DNA of 64,000 nucleotides from Fimbriosthenelais zetlandica (Eukaryota): NCBI GenBank assembly GCA_977030845.1, contig OZ365114.1, positions 15,190,001 to 15,254,000 of the forward strand, read 5' to 3'. Shown piece by piece: positions 13,578 to 21,459 of this stretch (position 1 is its first letter; each line of letters starts with the position of its first letter). The notes under the pieces were generated by a model. It saw only the letters and a program-made list of their open reading frames with translations, ran no database searches and was not told where the DNA came from. The position numbers and the translations under genes were made by a program.

Positions 13578-13648
13578 AATTCGGTGGTTCAGTGGTAGAA
13601 TGCTCGCCTGCCACGCGGGCGGCCCGGGTTCGATTCCCGGCCGATGCA
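13578..13648 (+). pseudogene. tRNA-Gly-GCC: tRNA-Gly(GCC), 5'-damaged copy
   Basis: Body TCGGTGGTTCAGTGGTAGAATGCTCGCCTGCCACGCGGGCGGCCCGGGTTCGATTCCCGGCCGATGCA matches the second copy, but the first three bases GCA are replaced by AAT of a (TTCAA)n run, breaking 3 acceptor-stem pairs. Confidence 0.8.
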
Positions 13649-13749
13649 ACGTGCTTTTCTCTTGTTTACATATGTATCTCTTTTAGACAACAAATTTGCA
13701 ACCTTCTCAAGACACCTGACCATATGTGCGACTCTCGCCGTCAGACCTG

Positions 13750-13821
13750 TCCTCGATAGTATAGTGGTTAGTATCCCCGCCTGTCACGCGGGAGACCGGG
13801 GTTCAATTCCCCGTCGGGGAG
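13750..13821 (+). tRNA. tRNA-Asp-GTC: tRNA-Asp(GTC)
   Basis: TCCTCGATAGTATAGTGGTTAGTATCCCCGCCTGTCACGCGGGAGACCGGGGTTCAATTCCCCGTCGGGGAG; 72 nt, intact cloverleaf, T-run terminator follows. Confidence 0.97.
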
Positions 13822-13936
13822 GTTCCTTTTTTCCATTTCCAAGTTTATGAGGTAAAGCTTGTATTGAACCGTTTCATGGACATGTATGGCGCTGGAATTG
13901 GAACAAAAATCCGTTCAAGAGGCAGCACCTTTGTGG

Positions 13937-14007
13937 GCATCGGTGGTTCAGTGGTAGAATGCTCGCCTGCCACGCGGGCGGCCCGGTTTCGATTCCCGGC
14001 CGATGCA
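13937..14007 (+). tRNA. tRNA-Gly-GCC: tRNA-Gly(GCC), T-arm variant
   Basis: Full GCATCGG...CCGATGCA, 71 nt, GCC anticodon; T-stem/B-box reads CCGGTTTCGA instead of CCGGGTTCGA (G to T); TTTTTT terminator. Confidence 0.9.
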
Positions 14008-14108
14008 ACGTGCTTTTTTCTTGTTTACATATGTATCTCTTTTAGACAACAAATTTGCAACCTTCTCAAGACACCTGACCATATGTGCGACTGCTTCCGT
14101 CAGACCGG

Positions 14109-14180
14109 TCCTCGATAGTATAGTGGTTAGTATCCCCGCCTGTCACGCGGGAGACCGGGGTTCAATTCCCCGTTGGGGAG
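14109..14180 (+). tRNA. tRNA-Asp-GTC: tRNA-Asp(GTC)
   Basis: 72 nt, same as the first copy except a C to T change giving a G-U acceptor-stem pair; T-run terminator. Confidence 0.96.
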
Positions 14181-14280
14181 GGTACTTTTTTCCATTTCCA
14201 AGTTTATGAGGTAAAGCTTGTTTTGAACCGTTTCATGGACATGTATTCACAGGAATGGGCCTACGACTGCTCGTCAGTGC

Positions 14281-14352
14281 AGCAGAGTGGCGCAGTGGAA
14301 GCGTGCTGGGCCCATAACCCAGAGGTCCGTGGATCGAAACCACGCTCTGCTA
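14281..14352 (+). tRNA. tRNA-iMet-CAT: Initiator tRNA-Met(CAT)
   Basis: AGCAGAGTGGCGCAGTGGAAGCGTGCTGGGCCCATAACCCAGAGGTCCGTGGATCGAAACCACGCTCTGCTA; A1-U72 pair, three G-C anticodon-stem pairs and ATCGAAA T-loop are eukaryotic iMet hallmarks. Confidence 0.97.
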
Positions 14353-14431
14353 AATATTTGTATAATATGTATCTTTTTTTTAGACAACAAATTTGCAACT
14401 TTCTCATAACACCTGGCCATATGTGCGACTC

Positions 14432-14815
14432 TTTGCGTTCTATGCGTTATTTATACGTTTTGTCAGCGTTTGTTTCAGTCCGTCCTATCAGTTAGCTGTA
14501 CGTAAGTAAGTTATCTATCCGCTTTGTATCCGTTTTGTCCGTTTGCTCCTTTCGGTTCCGTTTGGTACATCCGTTGTGAGTCCGTTATCTGTCCGTTATA
14601 TCCGTTGTGTGCTCTATAATTATATAGCGTCTGTTTCCGTCCGCCATATCCGTTAGTTGTATGTTCTACGCGTTGTTTATCCGTGCGTATACGTTTTGTC
14701 AGTTTCTAATACGCTCTCTTTCCGTTTGGTATCCGTTAGTTGTACGATTTATGCGTTTTCTCCGCGTTTTGTCCGTTTGCTCCTTTCGGATTCTTCCGGA
14801 TTCTTTCGGTGTTTA
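14432..14815 (+). repeat. Strand-biased TCCGTT/CGTT-rich degenerate array, possibly a transposon arm
   Basis: Many tccgtt/cgtt motifs, A-poor on plus; internal duplications tatacgttttgtcag (14452/14688) and cgttttgtccgtttgctcctttcgg (14531/14765). Confidence 0.75.
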
Positions 14816-15431
14816 GTATTACCCCTACGGGGTGCACGCATGCCTATGAATAGGCCTACTTATTAATTGAATAATTATTAGGACGCCTGCATTTTAAACA
14901 GACCACGCTCCCACCAGATAACAATTCTAATATCCACTCCCATTATTATTTCCTATTGATATTTCCTATTTCCAAATTGATAGTGGGACATGATAGGGGT
15001 AATTGTAGGCCTACGAATATACGTGGGCCCACCTTCCAAGCTACAAGCCTATAGTCTGGTCAGTTCCATGCAGCAAGGTAATATTCGCGAAAACTTCTCA
15101 CAAGTGCGCTTCAGTAACAGAATGTAATAAAGTGCCAATATCGATTATTTCCTATTTTTATTCAGTAGGATACAAACTTCCGTTCTACTATAAGCGTTGT
15201 TGCCTTAAATTTGCAGTGATTTCTTCTATTCAGTTGACCAGCAGAGACGGCATTAATGTTGCATGAAAAAGATCTCCATTTTCCTGAAAGAGATTGCTCT
15301 TTGGAAATCAAGTACGTAGGCCTACCATGCAGTTTATAATTCCCCTGTACATAAACCAAAATAACCAGAAATTGAAGCACCGAATTAGCATGAAAGTAGA
15401 TGGTATACCTTGATTTATGCGGGTAAACAGT

Positions 15432-16072
15432 CTATAGACAGTCTGTCTCACCACATCCATTAACGCAACATGTCCTGAATTTCATAAAAGACAAAATAAT
15501 GTGTTAGGCAGACAATCAAAGTTTCATAGGAATACATGTATGAATTCCCGCGAATTATAGTTATGGATTTGTTCTCACCATAAGTGTGGGCAACAAGCCT
15601 CGTCAGAAGAACAGCACCAAGGGTACACATCTTCCAAGTCATCTCCACAACAAGCAAATCCTGGTCCGCAAGCCGAGACAGTATCACAGCACTCACTTCC
15701 TACGGGCAAGTAACAATTATCTGAACAGCAAGTGCAAGCACCAGCGAAGCAATTGGTATGGCAGCATGTATTATTTTCACCGCAGTCTGAACTACAATCA
15801 CCGGTGTCGAATACTTTTACAGCATTACTCGTTGAAGTAGAAACTGAAATAATAAAAAGAAAACGATAAATTATTAGCCCCGAAGTGTTTTCGGCAAAGT
15901 ACAAAATATCAATGGTTTTACATAAACATATTTACCCAATATTATACTTTCTGACTTTATAACCTGGTATGGGGAACATATTGACTGAAAGTTGTTCGAT
16001 ATAGGTTCACCTACCTGTGAATGTCAATGCAATGAATGCAAACAATGCCATGGCCAAAAGTCGAGAATCCAT
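15432..16072 (-). CDS. Secreted Cys-rich granulin-like protein A (121 aa, 22 Cys); exons 16072-16015, 15843-15579, 15474-15432
   Basis: Signal peptide MDSRLLAMALFAFIALTFT|V (donor gtaggt, phase 1); exon 2 DCSSDCGENNTCC...WCCSSDEACCPHL (donor gtgaga, phase 2); exon 3 WTCCVNGCGETDCL*. The C-terminal 12 Cys follow C-C-CC-CC-CC-CC-C-C. Confidence 0.82.
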
Positions 16073-17757
16073 GATGATGCTTGATGAATGCAACCTGGGA
16101 AAGACAATTATTTTAACTTACCCGAGGGAGATAGGAATTGACCTATTATTGTGGTTTTAACAGTCATATACCAAGGATTAATTATTCATGTCATCAAATT
16201 AAATGTGATAGACTCTATATATAATTTCTATTTCTGATAAAACAGGATAATAATGATGCGAAAATGGTCCCATTTTCAAAGCCTCTGCTCTGACATTATC
16301 TGAGTCGGCTATTATTATGTACCACAATATACAATTCTACAAAAAATCTAGCCACCTATCAAGAAACCAAAAGAGTAAAATACCAGTTTGTTCTCGGAAT
16401 GCTGGCTTGGCGACTCAAAATATTGTGTGAATGTTTGAGGAGCTTTAATATTTATATCTTAAGACGCAGACGGATGGAAGGGAGGAAATGGTGTCAGAAA
16501 AATAGTTGTGCTAGATACGGAGGAAGATTAACACAATATACATCTGCTCAAATCCCATCGCTAAACGCGTTCATTATCAAATTCAGAGACCTTTTAATTT
16601 AAAATACCGAGGGTGTGTTCATGTACAAGTATGTTTACATGTAGGCCTACACTTATCTTTTGTGAATTTTCTTTTTCTTGTTTTGTATTAGAAAAACACA
16701 TTTTGTGTCACGATCGAATTGTGTGTGTCAATTCACCTAGGCCTACTATATTTCTCTTCTAAGATGATATTTCTGTATCCCTGATTTCACTTTTTATTAA
16801 TTTTGTCTCTAGTTTCATTTTTTAATTGAAACACCTTACAAGTCGTATGCATTTTTAATAATTTTAGTCACCCTCTCACCACTATTTTCAAGTTCTTCAT
16901 AATGCCATAAACAGGACCTGCGCACATGTTATCCAAGCGTGAGAATATAACATGTTTCTAATCACTTTGCCTGGGCAGCAAAGAGCAGAAGTCAGCTGCT
17001 TGTAAGTGTTATCTCTATAATGAATGACCCTACTACGTAGCGTAATCAGTCCTGGGAATCAGTCCGCACTGAGAAACTATGCCAAGGTATCTGAAAAGTC
17101 GCCTATTGTTTTACTTTTTAAGTTTTTTAAGGCTTATCATTAATGTTTAAGTCTGAAACCAGGATAATCATAGATTAGACACAGCCGTTTTCAACCTGAA
17201 TGGAAATGGGATATTTATATTTAGGCTATACCTCGCCTTGAACAATTAAACCCTGCTCAAGTCTTTGTTTCATGTATGATAAACTTCCAGTATTTGTTGG
17301 CTGGACTGGAATTCATTTAGAAAACCAAGCCTCAGTGAAGACAGCGAAATTAGTCCATGCAGAGGCAAGTGAAGACTAGAATAAGCGATAACAATAAAAA
17401 TCAAATCACAATAAAATATCCATCATCAGCTTTATTTTGAACAAAGGTTGAAGGTGCAATTGATATATGACAAATAGGTACAAGTCTATATAGGTGAACA
17501 ATAAGACAGGTGGACAATAAGCTTGCAGGCCCTCTGATGACAATTATTTGTCATTTTGCTTGGAGTGGTGCAGGTATAGTTTGGTATTGCCCCCTTTCTT
17601 AGAAAATCCTACGCTGCTGACTTTCTGTTTTGGACAACTCCAGATGTCACATGCCTCTTATTGACAAATCATAAGGGTTGACCGCTTTTCCTGATATAGC
17701 AATCATTAATCAAGTGTTCATTCAGCTCTCCTGATAGGGAACCTAGGTATACCCATG

Positions 17758-17765
17758 TATAAATA
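17758..17765 (+). promoter_or_regulatory. TATA box of granulin-like gene B
   Basis: TATAAATA 84 bp upstream of the ATG at 17842. Confidence 0.55.
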
Positions 17766-17841
17766 GCAAAGACGTAGAGGAACTGTTCTATAGAATAAAC
17801 CATTGGGAACAGGAAAGTTGGGCAAACAATTTCAAAACATC

Positions 17842-18288
17842 ATGAAAGTATTCACTGCACTGCTAATGCTGGGACTTGTTTCTATGGGTAAGGCAATGCT
17901 TCTTCTCTGCAAATCTATTCATCTGACCTTTTATTCGCCATGGTTGTCGTTATGTTATTTTTTGAGTTATTTACTTGGGACTTTTTCAGCCCTGGCAGAT
18001 ATACCATGTGGTACAGATGGCTGTCCTGAAGGAAGCATGTGTTGTGCTTACTCGGAAACTCACTATGCTGATTGCTGTGCGATTGATGGTGTCTGTTGCA
18101 AGGTCAATAAAGGAAATTGGTGTTGTGCAAATGGGGCCACGTGCGGCGACTGGTATGGGTAAGAAATCTAAATAAAATTATATTCAACAAGCAATAATCC
18201 ATTTTTTCATCATATGTATCTTGTGTATCTTTCAACTGAGTGACTGATTTGTCCATAATATATTTCTTTCAGGCATTGCCTCTACTAA
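17842..18288 (+). CDS. Secreted single-module granulin-like peptide B (76 aa, 12 Cys); exons 17842-17887, 17990-18158, 18273-18288
   Basis: MKVFTALLMLGLVSM|ALADIPCGTDGCPEGSMCCAYSETHYADCCAIDGVCCKVNKGNWCCANGATCGDWYG|HCLY*; canonical gtaagg/gtaaga donors; Cys spacing 4,5,9,5,7,5,6 between C-C-CC-CC-CC-CC-C-C. Confidence 0.88.
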
Positions 18289-18758
18289 TGTACATTCCTA
18301 ATGAGTGCAGTAATGAACATGTATGGCAGGTAAGACACTTTTTTTTGGTTTATTTTCGGTATGAATATTGAGGGTTTAGAACTGCCATCGTTACTTCAAT
18401 ATGACGGTTCCTTGAGACATTTCATTGCCACATGAGCGATAATTTGTGAAAGGATCGGGTACAGCTTGAACATAAATCCTCTTGTTATTATCTGTCACAG
18501 AAAAAAGGGCATGGGAAATCCTGTCATAACTCCTGCAAGGGATAGCTGGCTCCTGCATGCTTGATAAAGATCTAGAGCCAATTTCAATACGTATATTAGC
18601 CATTCAGGCCATTGTACAACCATAGGCTAAAGCAGTGTTGTGCAACGCAGCCTAAAGACTTAGCATTGCTAATATTCCTTTCGAAACAGGCTCCTGTTGC
18701 TGCGCTTGAGCCAGTGAGAGGTTTCCAGTGCATACAGGGCTGCTCGCGCTGGAGTTTT

Positions 18759-18799
18759 CTTTCGCAGACTCTCTCACTTCTTTCGCAGACTCTCTCACT
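18759..18799. repeat. 21-bp tandem duplication
   Basis: ctttcgcagactctctcact present twice with a 21-bp period. Confidence 0.85.
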
Positions 18800-19417
18800 A
18801 CAGGCCGAGAATGATGCATGAGAACGTTTTTTTCTGTGGCAGTTACACAACATGGGACAACTTTTGTAAAATGTTGTTCTTTTAATTTCTAAACAGGCTT
18901 GGTGACGTGATGAGATGTGATGACCCATGTGGCGTGCATTGAAATAAATTGTGGCAAATAATGTCAATAAGAAAAAAAACACCAATATCTTTTGTTCATT
19001 TAGTATGTCCATAAAATATATGTCCTGGGATATCATCCATTCTAACTTTGAAACCTGGACATTTCCTGTATTGTATATCATTAATCAACAAATAATATGA
19101 GAAAAACACTTCTTTACAAACGAAAAACCCATCTGGAATGACACAATTTTATCTCGCCTTTTATTTAAAGTGAGAATTATGCAATTACAAGTATACATGC
19201 TCACAACCTCGTAAATAGATCCATGATAAAATAAAGCTCAAAAAACATCTTTCTTAAGTTGATATGCCCTAAAATAATTATGCACTCAAAGGAATTGGAA
19301 CTAGCTTTAGCCGATTGAAAATCTCAGCATATTATTATCAAGTCCCATTATATTATGGTAAAACATTTTTATGAAGTTCTCCATTCTAATGTGACCGGCA
19401 GGAACTGCCATTGATCC

Positions 19418-19466
19418 GCAAAGCATATAGCAAAGTATAGCAAAGCATAGCAAAGTATAGCAAAGC
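19418..19466. repeat. 10-bp minisatellite (gcaaag(c/t)ata), about 5 copies
   Basis: gcaaagcatatagcaaagtatagcaaagcatagcaaagtatagcaaagc. Confidence 0.85.
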
Positions 19467-19651
19467 TTTTTTCTTTAATTAAGCAGACAAAGAAGAATAG
19501 AGTTCGTCTGGAGGTACACATGGAATATATTTTTGAGCAAATAGTGGTGTTATAAAGCCGTATTTATCAAAACAAGACATTACAGTCCTAACATTGATTT
19601 TATCAATGTACATAAATGTGGAGCCCCTTTGAAGTAAATAAATATTGTTGT

Positions 19652-21459
19652 TTATGTAGGTGGTGGACCATCTGAACGCATCACGAATCCTATGGTGCTG
19701 TCCAAACCATTACTAAGAACACAACTGAACTCTTCCTCCGTCATGGGAACCAGGCAGGCAAAGCCCAGCAGTATCATCATGAGCATTTGTAACGGTACGG
19801 CTGCTCTACACACCCTGTTCATGAGCAGCTCATTCTCACTGGTATGAGCTATCTCACTATCACCAACTATAGCCACCAGTCCCCCTCTCTCTCCACTACT
19901 GACAACATAGGCAGTAGATGTCGTGGTTTTGGTCGATACTGCTGAGGTGACTCCTCCAACTGCCCCTCCCTCCCCTTCATCATATACAGCTGCAGTGGTG
20001 GTTGTTGTGGTGGTTGTGGTTGTGGTTGTAATTAACCCTGCTTTGTACCCTTTACTTTTATCATTCCCCTTCCCTGAGGCTGTAGTTGCTTCTCTCTGTT
20101 TTCTCTCCCTTTTGGACGCATGTTTATCTGTGGAAATCAAACCACCAGATGCACTAGTTCCTTTGACTATTTTTGATATATTTTGCTGCCTATGTCTACT
20201 TTTGGATTCTTCACTTTGGTCTTCAGCCAAGACATATACCTCGTCCTCAGCACCAACAGCCGTGAAATACTCCTCATCTGACCTCCCCCCTTCTGATCCA
20301 TCTCTGTGCTCTGACAAATCAAGGTCAACCTTCTCTTCATCGCTTTCAATTTCAGATGACATTGTAATTTTTGTTGTTTCATGAATTCTAGAGCTTGAAA
20401 GGCTCTGATCTTTCTTAGCTATTTTCTCTTGATTGCTAGATTGCACTTCACGATCACCCTTCGATTTTTTACCACTAGAGTGCTTTTTTGAACGAAATTC
20501 CTTACGTATGTTTTTCTGATGACCAGTCTGAGACCCATCTTGGTTTGACCCAGTACCTTTCTTTTCACTTGATACAGAAGCGCCATCTAGGGATGTTTTA
20601 GATTTTTCTGCCAAAATGTCTGTGGACTGTTTCTCAAAATTTTCAATAGATGTTGCTGCCATACCTATGGGATCTTCAGAGTCCTGTGGAATTCGGCTCT
20701 GACGGTTAACTTTAGGACTATCTTTTGCAACTTTATCTTGGATTACATCCCCACCGCCTTTACCACCAGACAGTGGAGACTCCTCATTTGTTATTTCACT
20801 TTTTGATTTGCTTTCCATCCTTAGAACCTCTGTACTTCCTTCAGTTGAAGATGACTCTACCATTTTCACAATCCTGCCTGCTATACCTTCCTTCATTTGG
20901 TCATCATATTTAATAGGATCATCAAGTTCATCTAAACCACCCTCTTTCCTATCGCCTTTCTCGAAATTGCCATCAGACGTTAATTTCTGTGACTTGGCAT
21001 CATCTGTATTTTTAGTAGCTTTACTTGTGTCAGGACCAGTCAACTTCTGTGACTCCCCTGAGAGATTCTCTCCCCTCTGTATATTTGAGATTCCAGAAAC
21101 TGACTTATTATGACCCCCCTTTTCTGGTTTATCGGTCTTTGTTATTCTTGTTGTTTCTCTAGAATGGGCAACCTTACCTGACTCTTTGGCTACATCATCA
21201 AGAGAGTCGCTTCGTGACACATCTATCTGTTTCTCACCCATTTTTGTGGGTATTTTTGACTTTTTCTTTGAACGTAAACGTTTACTACCTGTAGCGTCAC
21301 CTTTGATAGTTTTATCATTGTAATCAGTCACTGTTCTTTGAGATTCTGTTCCCATGTCACCAGTCATAGCCATGGCTTCACCAGCAGGGTGATCATCTCT
21401 CTTATCTTCAGGTTGAATGTTGACCGAAGATGGCTTGTCTTTGTCTTCAGGTTTCTCGG
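19652..21459 (-). CDS. Terminal exon: about 540 aa charged/disordered region plus KASH domain
   Basis: Acceptor tttactacag|CC GAG (phase 1); 1808-nt open frame ending RVCRAAVPLQMLMMILLGFACLVPMTEEEFSCVLSNGLDSTIGFVMRSDGPPPT*. A TM helix plus a short luminal tail with PPPX is the KASH signature; AATAAA at 19165-19160. Confidence 0.93.

Larger units (their letters stand above)
13451..14430 (+). repeat. Tandem tRNA cassette repeat (359-bp period, about 2.7 units)
   Basis: Spacer A (aggtaaagcttg...) at 13451, 13850, 14209; spacer B (tttagacaacaaatttgcaac...catatgtgcgact) after Gly, Gly and iMet; Asp starts 13750/14109 and Gly starts 13578/13937 are 359 bp apart. Confidence 0.9.

Noticed and set aside
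13417-14495. Repeated short ORFs (MQRAF..., MNRFMD...)
   Set aside because: Translation artefacts of the tRNA genes and their repeated spacers.
15162-15410. Extra 3' exons for Cys-rich gene A (acceptors near 15283 or 15408)
   Set aside because: Read-through of exon 3 gives CGETDCL* with an even 22 Cys and parallels gene B. The alternatives give non-homologous tails; they could still be UTR or minor isoforms.
18391-19081. 161-aa and 70-aa minus-strand ORFs as a separate gene or Gypsy remnant
   Set aside because: No recognisable domain; the apparent repeat (ERVCERS) comes from a 21-bp DNA duplication; position fits 3' UTR/intergenic DNA.
19923-21113. Plus-strand ORFs of 153 and 101 aa (also 29384-29878 and 22832-23152)
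   Set aside because: Antisense shadows of real minus-strand coding exons.
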